Notes under the pieces: model-generated
What the model was told of the DNA's origin: nothing
The model's input: only the letters and a program-made list of their open reading frames with translations
Databases searched by the model: none
Assembly: GCA_012295275.1 (NCBI GenBank)
Contig: CM022671.1
Span: forward strand, 9,114,001 to 9,178,000
DNA: 64,000 nucleotides
Direction: 5' to 3'
Source of the DNA: Chrysomallon squamiferum
Lineage: Eukaryota > Animalia > Mollusca
Position numbers and translations under genes: made by a program
Shown here: positions 1-15,300 of the stretch, piece after piece
How positions within the stretch are numbered: the first letter of the stretch is position 1
Layout: every line of letters begins with the position of its first letter

Positions 1-1214
1 CAGTTTTCAATGGAGAAAACTTTCTTAAAATGAAGGAGAAAATCTCTTGCTTACGTAGTCAGAAAATGCATTAATTTTCAGTCAGATTTCTTCATGATGC
101 TTGCATTGTCATAAAAGTAAGCTTTGCTTTTTCCTTCTATTACATCTTCATTAGCTTTGTTTTTACTTCTTTTTTAGAAATAAAATAAAATTGTTAAAAA
201 TTCCATGGTACTTTCACTTATTATCCAGTAAAAGCATTAGCTAACAAACAAGAAACATTACAATAGATCAAACAACAAACAAGTATAAATCTATATTTGC
301 AGCTTTCATAAAGTGCTTTGAATCCATTACTAGTCAAAAACCAGAAATATTTTAACAAAGGCATTATGTAAGAGATTTATTAACATAGTTTCAAAAAAGA
401 AAAAAGAAAAACTAAATTGATAAGTGAAAAAAAAGAAGAAAATGTTTATATGTCTACTGACTTAAGTACTTGTTAGTACTTTTATCTTTCCCTGAACACC
501 AAAAATCCCTCAGACAAATCATATTTGAAGAAGCACAAAAGCTGACAAAGGACTTGATTTACAAGTATTTTATTTCTAGTCTGCCTCAGTGAAGGAGAAT
601 GAAAACTATAAAAGGAGAGGATTATAAGAGCAAGAAAAAAAATGGAAAATATTTTATTATATTTCTGGGTGTTTTTTTTTTAAAAATAATTAATAATATT
701 GTTCAATAATTTTTTTGCAAAGTTTCTACTGTCTATAACTATTTTTCAAGCTAAAAATGTATATTAAAAAACCCACAAAATAATATAACATTTTTTAAAA
801 ATTGTTCTTCAAAGCCAACTAAAGATCTTTAGTTTTTTATATATAATAGTAATCATTATGTAAAAACAGACCTGTTGTAATGATAACAAAAAATTATGAC
901 TTATCTCTAGAGAAACAATTCCTTTCTTCTGAAGAATAATTTAAGCATTCATTATTAAACCATACGAAATGCAGTTACATTTATTTCCTGGTTATTTTAG
1001 GTAATATGGTCTCTGATGAACCAACCAGGAAGAATGCAACAATGATTGGCATTAAACAGCAAATGTGTACATTGGTGAATTCTAATTATTTTAATAATCA
1101 TACAGTTAATCATTAATAATATTCCTATTACCTACCTTATACATTCTGTGTCACAGAGGACAAATGTATATTACTTTTAAAATCTGTAATTAAATAATTT
1201 ATTTTTTCTTACAG

Positions 1215-1272
1215 GACAAAATATTTTAGGGGTAAAAAGATCTTTGGAGACTGGGATATACGTGTTGAACAG
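1215..1272 (+). CDS. Syn: Synapsin exon 2-equivalent (58 nt) [19 protein letters not shown]
   Basis: ttacag|G...CAG|gtgagg; start of the C domain. Confidence 0.95.
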
Positions 1273-2432
1273 GTGAGGATTATTTGATGTGTTATTTTTT
1301 TGTATTTTTTCTTTTTGTGATCTGCTTGGTGTGATCACCACCATGCATGTTTGATCACAGAGAAGGCTTTTTTGTTTCTTGCAAAATATTGTTTAATCTT
1401 TCACACTTTTATTTTGCTAACACACCATCAATTCCTTTTGATTACAAAATATATATTCTTTAATACTGTTCAGCCTTTTCATTGAAGATAAATTTTATTT
1501 ATTTAATTTTTAAATGTTTTTTTTTGTATTATTATTCTTTTCTTTCCATTTAAATTTTGCTGATACTTCAACTCTCCAAACCACTGATATAAGAGGATAT
1601 TAAAATGAAAACTAGAAAGGGTTAACAGACATAATTATCTTTAATAAATACTCAGGACAAAGTCTGCCAAGCTTGTAGGTTCCAGTAATTTCAATCATAA
1701 TGTGTCAACACTAAAGAAGAATTGTTTGTCAGAAAAGTGAACCAGAATCATGTGATAAAGGGACTTCTGAGATACACAACACCCACAGGTCATTGCCACA
1801 CACTGTGTTGGTGGTTTCCTTAAACAGTATACAAGGGAGAGAAAATTACTGTCTGCACAACAAGACAGATCATTTCAGAGGGTGAATGTCTGGTTAATGG
1901 AATGATAAAGAAGTTTGGAAAAACTCTGCAATTTATTAACACAGATTTCTTGTTTGCTTTGGTTACTATCAAGTTTTTTTGTTTGTCTGAAATTGTGGTC
2001 TGTGTATGTGGTTTTAAAACAAATCTGCAGAATACTCCTATTTCACAATTGATTTTTAGTCATATATATGCTCCACATGTCTGTTTTTAACCATTTGGGT
2101 TTTGGTTTCTAAAACTGGGTTTTTGGTTCAAGTATATTACATACTAGTCATGTATTGTAAAATGGAGATGCACTGTGACAGCAACTAATGATCTAGAAAA
2201 CTCAGTTCAAAACTACTTAAAGCTTAAACCTGTCAAAGAAAGGTTTTAAGTTTCTGTGCAATAAGCTCTGAGAAATGTACTGACATATGATATGAATATT
2301 TGTGGAAGAGTTTATGCATATGTAAGCAAATCAGTACATGTGTGTGTGTGTGTGTGTGTCTTTATTTGTAAATGTGAACATATATTTAATTAAATCTAGA
2401 ATTGTAGAAACAGAAGAGCATCTTTGTATTTA

Positions 2433-2477
<45 letters not shown>

Positions 2478-2863
2478 CAAGGACCATGGACTCAAGGATT
2501 AAATCTTTGTGGTAGACTTAATAGTTTGGTTGGCTGAACAGTTGAAACTGTTTCCTACAAACATCCTTGAGAGTAAGTGTATTTGTATTGATTTAACTGT
2601 CTGTATGTTTCTTGCCTAGAAAACTAAATGTTTCCAATGGTGACACTTAAATCAATGGAGAGAATGCACAGGAGACTTTCAGTGATACTTAGAAACAATT
2701 GCTGGCAAATACTGACTCAACATTTTTACCATAAATGAAATTGATTGCAGCTTTTTATTTTAAATCAGGCTGAATGTTTTTTTTTTTCGAATCACAAAGT
2801 GCAGACAAAGTACAGAAAGTTAAACATTAATTTGAGTTGTACTTTACAGTAAACATACATACA

Positions 2864-2901
<38 letters not shown>

Positions 2902-5097
2902 ATTAATTTCAGAGGTAAAATATAAAATGTAAAAAAGAACAATAGCTCATTATCTTGGTTTAAATTATTGAAGACTGATACATCATTTCAGAAATGGACC
3001 TTTATTTATTTATTTTTCTTGGCCTTAGCTTCAGTAATTGCTGTGTGAAAGACAAGTTGTTTTCCTGTCTGCAGAAAGAGGTGGGTTGATAATAAGGCTG
3101 CACATAACACAAGAGGTTGCAGGGCCAATCCCCCCCCGACCAGCCACTGCAGTACGACCACTGCACGATTGTCTTTTACAGCCACTGCACTGTGACTGAC
3201 ATGTCTAATGGAAGGTGCATATAAAATACAGAAAAAGAGCAGCAAACATCTTCACTCATTATCTGCTGGGTCCTATAACACATACACACATATATAATAC
3301 AATCTAACATACATTATAAATAAGTCAATTTTTTGTTAAATAAAATACCATTTCCTTCCTTTCTGCCTGCAGCTGTAATATATTCTTTGAATTCCTTTTA
3401 ATAAGCATCTATCCACTTCAGTGAATTAAAAAATTATAGCATACACATCAACAGTCTGCGACAGAAATGAGATCTTCAGAAATTAAGTCTGGAAAGAACA
3501 GTGATGTTTTATCAGCATCAATTAACCTGTGCCATGACCTTCAACAAAACAAGGAATCAAATTTAAAACCTAAACAACATTCATTCTGATATAAAAAAAA
3601 TAGTTTTTTCTCTGGCTCTGAAATTTCAATACATTTTTTTCTTATTCTGTCATTTTTACTTCCAACAACAAGCAGTTCTAATTTTTACACAGATTATTTT
3701 TTATTGTCTCTCTAGAACAAGATTATTAATGATGATTATTATACCAGGAATTCCTTCATTTAAAAAAAAAAATACAATTAATTTAATTTTTTTTTTTTAA
3801 AGAACAAGAAAAAAGGACATAATCTCTATTTAATTGTCTGAATGGCAGACAGGCTGGCTTCAGTCCTTCCATTTGTCATTTTTATTGCTGCCATATTGTA
3901 TTGATCAGTTATTTTCAAAAAAAACACCATGTTTTGTTTGTGGATTTATTTCATTCTGTATTTAGATGTGTATGAAGTGAATTGTTTTGCATTAGGCTGA
4001 TATTTTCTGACAAATATGTCAATAATGATATTAACATTTATCCATTAAATTAATATTGTGTTCTGTTGAGACAGGAAAGGTTTTGGTTAGGACTTGTCTA
4101 CTGATGTGTAACCGTATAGTTATTACATTGCCATTAACATTTTTTTCATTTTTCTTCTTCTTCTTTATTATTATTATTATTATTATTATTAATTTATTTA
4201 TTTATTTATTATTTATTTTTTGTTTTTTATACTAAAGTTTCATTTTCATTACCTTGTTTTTGTCTTTCTTTGGTGTTTTTTTTCTTTCTTCCTCTTTGCT
4301 CATTTCATTTTTTCTTTCCTTCTCACCTACTCTTTTACTTCATTTTGTTTTCTCATTTTAATTATATCTTTTTTTTCTCTTTCCCTTTCTGTTCTTTATT
4401 TTTATTTAATTATTTATTTAGTTTTTTGGTTCATTACTGTTTTTTACCCATAAGTTGTCATTATGTTTTCTTTATTTACGTTCATCTTTAACAACTATTT
4501 CTCTTTTTTTTTTCTTTTTTCTTTTGACAATTATTTCTCTTTATTTTTGTTTTATTTGTTTTATTTTTTTCATATATATCTCTTTTTTTTTTCTCTTTAT
4601 TAAGTCATGGAATTAATTCTTTTTCTTAATCTTTTATCAAGACTTTTAGTCATAGCCATTTTCCTTTCTCTAGTATTTTATCTTTCCATTAGATATTATT
4701 TTTCTGCCTTTCATTCTCTTGTTCTTGAGGACATTACTTTGTGACTGAAAAACGTCTACATTCTTTCTTTTATTTTAATGGGTTTTTTCTTTATAACATT
4801 CGTTTATAGCTTTTACTTGTTTTTTCTCATCCTTATCAATTTTATCCATTTTATTTAAATAAATAAATAAACTAATATAATATATTTATTTTATGAATTA
4901 ATCAATAATATATATAAACAAACAAATAATAAAATAAATTTAAAAACAAATAAATAAACTAATATAATTAATTTATTTTATGAGTTAATAAATAATATAT
5001 ATAAAAAAACATAATACAATAAATTTAATGACAAATAAAAAACCCAAATAAATTAGACATACAAACAAACACACAAATAAAATAAATAAATAAATAT

Positions 5098-5133
<36 letters not shown>

Positions 5134-8100
5134 ACAAGCAAAGAAAGAGAGAAACAAACAAACAGATAAGTAAATAAACAAAAAACACAAAAAATAAAGA
5201 ATTAAAAAATAAAAATTTCTGACAAATCATTTATTATTTAAAACACAGAACAAGTAATATGACAGAAACTAACCCTATTTTCATTCCTCCTAAACTGATT
5301 ATTTTTGAAATCTTCTTATCAGCTCATAATTATAGCAGACACACACACTAAAATAAAAATACTGGATGTATTCACACATTGACATCAGGCTTGCTGAGAT
5401 AAGCTTTTGATGCTTATATCAGATACTTTTAACGATAAAAGATTAATTAATTTTATTGATTTTATTGATCTCCAGAAGCTGTAAAAGAATGATGACACAC
5501 TGTGAATGTGGAATTTTTTCACTCAGTGAAGTTCTTGAATGTTCAGGATTCTAACATGTTTATGCATTAGTTTAATTGTTATTTTTTATGTTAAAGATTT
5601 CTTGGATGGGTATGTGCATGAATGTGAAAAATGCAGATTTAAATATTCAACACTGACAATATTTCGAGTATACTGACATGTGAATTTGTACGATTTACAA
5701 ATAAAAAAATTAATTATTTTGTTTAATGATTTCAACATCAAATTATATATATATATATATATATATGCTAAAGATACTTTTGAAGATGTACAAAATGTTA
5801 CTGATTTTCATCTTGGCTTGTCTTGATGAAGATAGCTTAACTTTAAGGTTATTGTTATCTGGCTTTCAGCAGGTCCACATATTTTATGATTTTATTTAAA
5901 ACATAAATAATCCCAAAGTAAACACAAGAGTGATATCATTTACGTAGCCTTTTAACTTTTGGCATTAATTAACCCATGATTGATTTTGGCTTTGTCTATA
6001 AACTTCAGAAAAATTCATCTCTTTGTTCTCATATGAATAGAAAAGGTTATAGATTAAAAAAGGTTTAGCTTTGGTTTGTCACATATAATGCATATTCAAG
6101 ACAGATAAATAGTTCAATATATGCATGAAGATATATTTGGTTATAAAATATTAATCAATTATTGTTAGATTAAAAACAAAAAATGCTTCGTCTACCAGCT
6201 TGGGAATTTATTTTATAAAATTACAGTCAAAGTAGCTGTCATCCAAAAAATATTACATTTTCCTTTTTGATGACAGGTTTTGTCCCAAGGTTCTTAAATT
6301 TTAATTAAAAAAAAGGGTTTTTCAGCATTTTTTGTTTTACTGCAAATTAGATGGGAAAATGGCATAATAGCATGCTTATGTAATTGCTTGCATCAATATA
6401 AACACATACACAGACATACAAAAACGTGTGCAAACACATGCAGAATGCAAACACTGTACACATTTCAAATACACAAACATACACACACACACACACACAA
6501 AAAAAACACACATACATTCATTAACCAACACAGAAACAGCAAACAAAAATTCAAACATACATGAACACACATGTACAAAAACATATACAAAAACTCAAAC
6601 AAATTCAAATGCACACGCAAAAACACACACTCAAAAACACACACACTTACAAATGTACAAACACAAACGCATTCAAACATACAAATACCAAACACATGTA
6701 AAAATACACAAACAGCATACACATTCAGACATACACACACAAACATACACACACATACACATACACAAGCATAAACAAACACACACACAGTGGTGTACAG
6801 AGGTCTGGTGATGTCTGGAGCCAACTCATTGATTGTATGACCCCAAAGACTTGAGTATAAGACCTAATACTGAGAAATATTATCAGAAAGGAAGATACTT
6901 TGAATATGTAAACACGGATAAACACTTTATTTGATTTAAATATAACTCAACCAAATTCGTTAAATCTTTTCTCAGACTGGATGCCCCCCCATTTCAATGC
7001 CCAGATCTTAGGCCCATTTGCCCCCCATTGCACGCCACAGACATACATATATACATACACCACAAATACGCATACACACATTTTCTTAAATAAAATAGCA
7101 GAAGAAAAAACACCTACACAGTGTGCATTACAGCTCTTATGTGTTCTGTGGGTGTAAGCACGTTCCAAATGAATGAGTGATAGAAGCATTATCAATGAAT
7201 ACATCTTAATGTCAAACATTATTACATAATATTGATCACAGATGAAATCTTATACCTGGTGTCTCAGAAGCAGTCTCTCTCACAGTCTCGGCTTTCAGGC
7301 TTGATAAATCACCTGCTATTTCAGGCACACACACACGTACAAAAAAATAAAATAATGAAAAAAAATGATTAAAGAGTTTAATAGCACATTTGGCTTTGAA
7401 AATATTTTAAATTATTACAGAAAAAATGCATCTGAAATTAGTGATGTGGACTGGATTGATCTCAACGATTGTGTTAGTAATGAAATAGAAATAATTGAAA
7501 TTTGTGTCTGTTTTAAGTGGACATTTTGTTGGGTTTTTAAAAAAAAAGGAAAAAAAAAAAAGCTAGATAATTTATTTATATAATTACAACAAAAGTGAGT
7601 GTTATCCAAAACATATTATAATTTCATTTTAGATGACAGCTTTTTTGTTTTTAGTGCAAATTGAGTTGGTAACTATTTCTGATTATGAAAATTATGTTTT
7701 TTAACTGTTGTCTGTTTTGTTCCATTGCAAAACATATCAGTGAGGCAATGAAATGTGTCGTGACATTTCTGCATGGAATAAACACTTGCAGTTTTCTGTG
7801 TGCTTTTTTTATGTTGCTATTAATTACAAATCAATAAATATTTAAATCCTATTTCACTTATATCTCCAGGCTGAGTTTTCTGAAATCAACCTTGCTGCTT
7901 ACTCAGATACAGGATGTATGGTAGATATTCAGGTGGACAGAAATGGTACAAAAGTAGTAAGGTGAGATTCTTTGGTTTTATTAACATATTGTATTGTACA
8001 TACATACATAAAAATGAGGTGATCATTAAGATGATGATGAAGATAATGATCATGTAACAATGTAGTAAAGCAGGGCCATTCAAGATGTTATAATTCTGTT

Positions 8101-11100
8101 ACCTATGTATGACAGATAACTTTTGAATATAATTAATTTTTTTATTTAAAATGTCATCTATGTTCCCATCTTGTACAATTTTAAATTAAATTTATTATTA
8201 TTATTTTTTTAATGATGAATATTTATGTAATAATGGTTTCAAGAGTATTTCTTAACTTAAAAATATTTTACATTTTACCATTAAATATGACATTAATTTA
8301 TTTATGAATTTATTATTATGATTATAATTAACTTTTTTTTTCAGATCTTTTAAACCGGATTTTTTATTAATACGACAACATGTTCGTGATGCACATGAGG
8401 ATTGGAGGAATTTACTACTTGGATTTCACTATGGTGGGGTGCCAAGCATCAACTCTATACACTCACTTTACCAGTTTCTGGATAAACCTTGGGTGGTGAG
8501 CATTATAATTCTTAAAATATTTTAAATGACTCAAACATTCATAGTTTAGTACATCCACACAACATTCATACATACACCATGCATGCATGTTTGTGCACAT
8601 ACATTCATACACAGACAGACAGACATGTATGTAGAGGTTTATATATGAATGGGAAACAGTGAATTAAAAAATGAAAACTGCCACTGAAATCAGGATGCAG
8701 GTTAAATTTTTTTTTTACTTTTTTAAAAACAAGAACACATCTGAAATATTCACGGGCTATTTTTGAATTACATATATATTTCTCTTTCTGTTTACTGATG
8801 CAGTAGGTGAGGTTAAAGGTCATGTGTTGACCTTTAGACTTGTTGACACAGTTCTGCTGATAGAATTTTAGATTGAAGTGGAAAATTTTATTGATTTCCT
8901 GTACTTGAAATTACATTCTGAGATTTGCAACATTTACATTAACAGACACAGTCAAAATATTGTCTTATAGCCATTTCAGTTCATGATACTGTCTTGTAAG
9001 CATTTCTAATCAAAATATTGTCATGTAAGCATTTCATATCAAAATATTATCTTACTATCATTGCAAATCATAAAACTGTCTGGAAATGATTTCAGATCAA
9101 AACACTGACGTGTAAACATTTAAAATCATAATACCTTGGAAGCAGTTTTAATATTTTAAACCAAAAAATATTTTGTTACACGCTTTAACAGTAAATGCTT
9201 TGTAAGCATTTCAAATGAAAACATATTTTTAATCATTTTTAGACCAAAGTATTGTTCATCAATATTATAAAAGAAAAATCTTTTCAAATTAGATATATTT
9301 TCCCATATGTATTTTAGATCAGTGCATTTCTTTAGCAAAATTATTCATAGATTTTTGCATTCATAGATGTATGTTGATTTTGTTTTAGTTTTCCACGATA
9401 ACTAATCACAAATCTTGTTCACATCCTGGTTGTTGTAGTACACAATAAACTTTTACTTCTTTCAAAGAATAACATCAAAAACACAAAGGCAGCTTATTTT
9501 TGGATCCACTTTTCAAAGTTGATAATTATTCAGTAGACGAAGTAACATATTAGCTGTCATAGTACTAAATACACTTGTAATTTTGTTTTTACTGTCATGA
9601 ATTTTGTGCCAGTTTTCATTAGCACATTTTTGGTGTCAGACACAAAGTGACGTCTGCTGTTTCTGTTTCAGTTCTCCAAGCTGATTACTATTCAGAAGCG
9701 ACTGGGTAAGGAGGCCTTCCCCCTGATAGAGCAGGCCTACTACCCCAACCACAAGGAAATGGTGAGTAACATGTGGGTACGTTTCACTTCCTCTCTTTTT
9801 CACAAAACCAATAACAAATGCATTTTTCAGAGAAATATTGAGTCCTTGCCACTTCAGTTAGCAAGATTTTAAAAACACTTTTGAGACTGTATAATTTAAA
9901 ACATTTTTTTTTTTTTTTAATAAGACTATAAAATTAAAATCAGAATTTTTAAAAAATTTTTTATGTTATGAAATAAAAAGAAAGATTTATAAAATTAAAA
10001 TCAGAATTTTTTAAAACTTTATAATATTATCAAAGTAAAAAGCACGATTTTTTAAAAGATTTTATAATTTCACAAAATTAAAATGTTGTATATTGAGTAA
10101 AGTGATTAGCTTTTAAAATGTTTTAAAAGAACAGAATGCATTTAAAGTAATTTTTGATGTTTGAATATCTAACAATAATTTCATTTTATAAAGTTAAGTT
10201 GTGAATCAAGAAAAAGTTATAATAATAATAGCATTAAAATAAATAAACAGTTTAATATTGTCTTATTTAATAAATAAATAAATAAATAAAAATATTTAGT
10301 ATATAAAACCTCACATATATGAAAATAAATCAATAAATACGATTCTGTTACTTGCTTCAGCTAGTATTCTACTGGTTTATCTAAAGCCATGACATTTGTT
10401 TTCAAACCCATGGGAAGGTGCAGAAAAGATCATTTGATTACTAAAAATGATTAGCCCATCTTATTCAGGTTTTCTTTCTCATAATCTGCATGGTCTTTAA
10501 CTAAAAATTTCTTCAATCCTCTATTCTAAATCTATGCATTTCTTGCTAAAAACGTATCATTTTGAACTTAGTAAAATGTTATTTCATTGGCTGAATGATC
10601 CAATTGCATAACAAAATTTTATGTAGCAGATTGTTACATAAATCTACAGTGGATATAAACATTGTCCTGAAAAATTCATTTAAAAAAAAAAAAAATCACA
10701 AAGAAAAAGAACAACAACAAGAATCAAAACAGAAAAAGAAAAAAAAGAAGAAACAAAATTCATGAAGGTGCCTAAAAAACTGTTCTTCCTCAGTTGTTGT
10801 AACTAAACTTCATTCCCTGAGAAAAAAAATTAATACCTTGATGATGTGTTGTAAAGACATTAAACATTTATTTGTATTAATGGGGAAAAACATAAAGAAG
10901 TAAAAAAACCCACTAAAACTTGTGATATTCCACAATTCTAATAAAACAATATTTCATTGCATGGAAAAATAATTTTGATGATGTGTCTTGATGATCTTTA
11001 ACACCAAAATGTTAAAAAAAAATGATTCTGTTGTATTTCTGAGACTACGATGCAGATAGAGACACTTGTCTGGGAACTGCATCTCCAGCTATTGTAGAGT

Positions 11101-12329
11101 ATTATTAATATCAGACCACATTCTGGCTCCTCCATCCATCATCTTCGCTCTGTCTCGGTGGAAATAAGAGACAAATTCATCGTGCAAGTGTCTGTATGAC
11201 AAGTCACTTGTGACTATTTCTCCCTGGACAGAATTTGAGATTCCTAATGAATCCAGATGCGACTTCAAAGAAAACAGAAACCTGTGGGAAATATCAATTT
11301 TAACTAAGTGTAGTTAAAATACAGGATTTATCTGCTTAGTATGTAATAACTATTATTAATGTATCAGTTTTAAATACTAAGTGTAGTTAAATGTATCAGT
11401 TTTAAATAATAAATATGATAGATTATATTGTATCTTTTTCTGAGAAAAATAAACTTTTGTATGCTTATAATTAGTTGTTTTAAAATTTAAAAGTTCATAT
11501 TTATAAATAAATATACAATGTAATATAATATAATATAATATAATATAATATAATATAATATAATATAATATAATATAATATAATAGTAATAATAAATTGT
11601 GTTATATTTCCTATCAGTTCAGTATTTTTAAAGAAATCAAAATGTCAGGTGTAAGAAATAATAATAAATAAAAGGCAGTATTTCTGAGTCTATATATTTC
11701 TTAATTTTCCTATATAGTGATTATTATTATTATTATTAATAGTAGTAATGAAAATATGAAAGTATTTATGTAATAGTAAAAGATAAGAAAAGAAAAAGAG
11801 AAAAAACTAAAACAAAGGTACATAGTATTTTTGGTAGGTTTTTGTTTGTTTACATCTCAAAAAGGAATCAGTATTTACTCTGAATATTGCATTTGATTAT
11901 TGAATATAGCTTTGTAGCTTTTATGAGCTAACAATTAAAGTGTTAAATTATACTTTACTGTAAACCACTTAATTTTTATTTATTTTTATTTTTAGGTTCT
12001 ATTTCATTTTTGTTTAAAATTCTAAATCAGATAGCATTTCTATTTATTTATTTATATAAAAGAAGTTTTAATTTCATTTTTTTTTTTTTAAAGTCTAAAT
12101 ACTAAAGATTTTCAATTTTTTTTCATTTGTTTGCTTCTATCTTTTTTGTTTGTCTAATTCAAAATAAATATATTAATTTTATTTCATTTGTGCATGAATA
12201 ATGGATGCTTATATAGAATCAAATTAAATTAAACAGACATGTTTTCATGATATATGTTTCTGATACTCTGTTATTGTCCAAAATAATAAAAAATAATAAT
12301 AATAATATTAAATAATGAAGATGATGTTG

Positions 12330-12386
<57 letters not shown>

Positions 12387-15300
12387 GTAGTAATGAAGAT
12401 GAAGAAGAGAAAAAGAAGATAAAATGAATGACACAAAGATGATTTCTGTTTCTTGGTGTTTATTATATAATATTAAAATAAAATCAGTTAAAAAAAAAAA
12501 ACAAAAAAAAAAACAAAAACAATTATGGTTACAGTAGAGTAAACCAATTTAATAATAGTGATTTAATGTCATCATATGAAACCCCCAACCAAATGTTTTT
12601 CTTCATGTGAAGTGTTGATGAAAACATAAGCAGACTATACAAAAATAAATTATAATTTTTTTCTTCAGTAGTTATATGTGTATAAATGGTGTAGCATAAA
12701 TACTGAACCAAAAAAAAAAAAAAAAAAAATAATAATAATAATAATAAATAATAATAAAAACAGCAATAGTAAAAATAACAATTTAATAAAATAATAATAT
12801 CAGTATGAACAACAGTAACAATGGTAATCATACGATAATAAATAATAATAATGAATCATGAAAAATAATGTTTCAGTTTAAAAATAAATTTAAATTTAAG
12901 AAAAACTAATGAAAAATGAAGTGGTTTACAGTAAGGAAAGAAGTGAAGCAGGGATGCAGTGAAACAGATAAACTTTGATCTCAGTTTGTGTGGTCCTCAT
13001 TTTTATCTTTTGTATGTTCGTCACTTGTGGTATTGTAAACCTTGTGAAATCTGTGTTTTATCTTGACTTTCTTCTAAAATGAACTTAAAATACTTGTGTG
13101 TTATATATATATTATTTATTCCTTTGTCTGGAAAAATAAAGAACAAGAATTATATAAAAGCAATTTAAAAACTTGGTTAAAATCTGTATGTTATGTAATA
13201 TCTGGCAAGTGTGTAGGTATATGTCTGTGTGTATATATGTCTCTTTGGTCTTATTTTTATTATTAATTGAACTATTTTCATGTATTTGACATGTCTTGAA
13301 ACAGACAGACAGACAGACAGACACATGCACGCATCCCCCCACACACGCACACATTTGTAATTAAGTATTTGCTCTAAATAAGGTCTTGTATATTTACTGT
13401 AAGTAACATATCTGGGTTGGGGTTTCTTATGCATTCACAAGACTAGGCCTAATATACCAATTCAGTTCTAACTACTGTTAACTCCTTATTATAACCTAAC
13501 ATTGTCAAAATCCATAAGCAACATTACATTTTTTGAAAATGTTTTAAATAATAAATGAATATGCTCTGTTGGCATATATCTATTCACAAAAGCTACATGA
13601 TCAAAGTTCAGTGACTAGTTAATTATTTAAACACATATTTTCTTTCAAAATTTATATTTTATGTAAACCATTGTCAAAAATAAATAGTGCAAAAAAAACA
13701 ACAATAAAAGAAAATTTAAAAAAAAAAATCTTAGATGGATGTGTCAATGTAAATTACTGCATATGTTTCAATAAAAAATAGAAAACAAAAGTAAATCATT
13801 CTTAATCATTTAATTTGAATGCATTTTTAAAATAACAATGTGTAAAAGTATCTCTACATAATTATCTTAAGATTAATGTTTATTAACTATTTAATTTTTA
13901 TTTTTTTAAATGATAATATAAAAGAAGAAACTCATTGCTACCATTTCATGGATAATTCTTATTAATTAGAATCAATGGCTCTTTTACATACATATTTCAG
14001 TGGTACAAGTTAGCACATACCATTGTCTTTGATAAGCCAGGAATAATGGACATGTTTGTGTGGGAAATAACCTGAAGGAAGAAAGCACAGAAATGTACTT
14101 CTCTGACTTGTCACACCTCAGACAGTCCTAGCACTGAGTTACAGCTGTTTTTCTATAAGATTCCAGTTAGCAACCTTCATTCTGTTAACACAGGCACAAA
14201 TTCCATTAACTTCTGTATGTGAGACACGTTTGGGTGCAGACATCACCTGATCCAGTCACCCTCATAGAATCCAAAATATAACAAACGAAGAAATATTCTA
14301 AAATACTCGTATCTTTGGAATCATTATAATAATAAAATAAAAAATGATTTTTAAAATACTGATAAAAAAAAAATTATAATAAAATAAAATAAAATAAAAT
14401 GGATAAAAAACTGAATGAATGAATGAATAAATGAATGAATAAATAAATAAATAAATATCTTTCATGGTATCTCTGAGTAATGGATTTGAAAGAATTTTTT
14501 TTTGTTTTGTTATATTTTTCTTTTCATTCGGAATAGAACAGATGCAAAAATCAGTACTTAGGAATCTGTGATGCATATTAATAATTTAAGGTATTTTCAC
14601 ACTTTATAACTCCTAGTGATGTAGGATTTGATGTGGTATTGATCAGAGAACAATAATACCAGATGCATGAAGTGTATTTCAATCACAAAATAACGTATTA
14701 AAAACTTCTTTTTTTTAATAATTTATCTTTTTTATGTTTTTATATTATTTTGTTTTACACTCAACATTTAAATATTTCAGTGGCTCAGACAAATTATGAT
14801 GGAATCAAACATCAATTTTGTTATTTTTAAAAAATTTCTGATTTCCATTTTTTTTTTTATTCCTCGAAATGAGTAGGCAGCAGCAGGCTTTAGATCTGAT
14901 CAGAGATAAAGTTTGGCACTGTGAGTTCTTTATACTTGCAAATTACTGTTTTACATGCCTCCAGTCATCATTAATAGTGAGTTATGACAAAATAATACTC
15001 TTACAAAACATTTGCAGATTTACTCCTTTAAAACAGAAATGACAGCATAACCTGTAAGACACACTGTATATTAAAGAATGCAGAGTGAACTGATTCACCT
15101 GTATGTAATAATGTTACAACAGACAACAAGACAAAATATATTTTTAACTCTATTCTCTTGTTATTATATTTTTCTGTTAACTGAAATTGGATAAAAAAGA
15201 CTAAAAAAAAGATGACTTTGGAAGTATAAACAATATATTAAGACTGTTTCTTTCTATCGCCAAGGGTTCATTTTAAAAGGCTGGGAAGTTTTCACAGGAT

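Noticed and set aside
6376-6925. Overlapping H/T-rich and C/V-rich ORFs
   Set aside because: Translations of CA/TG low-complexity sequence.
7100-7205. Minus-strand TIMP-like fragments: hydrophobic [21 protein letters not shown] and CNAHCV
   Set aside because: The pieces are in different frames, HPQ is followed by a stop, there is no CxC, the spacing is wrong and it is not the expected intron; most likely coincidence.
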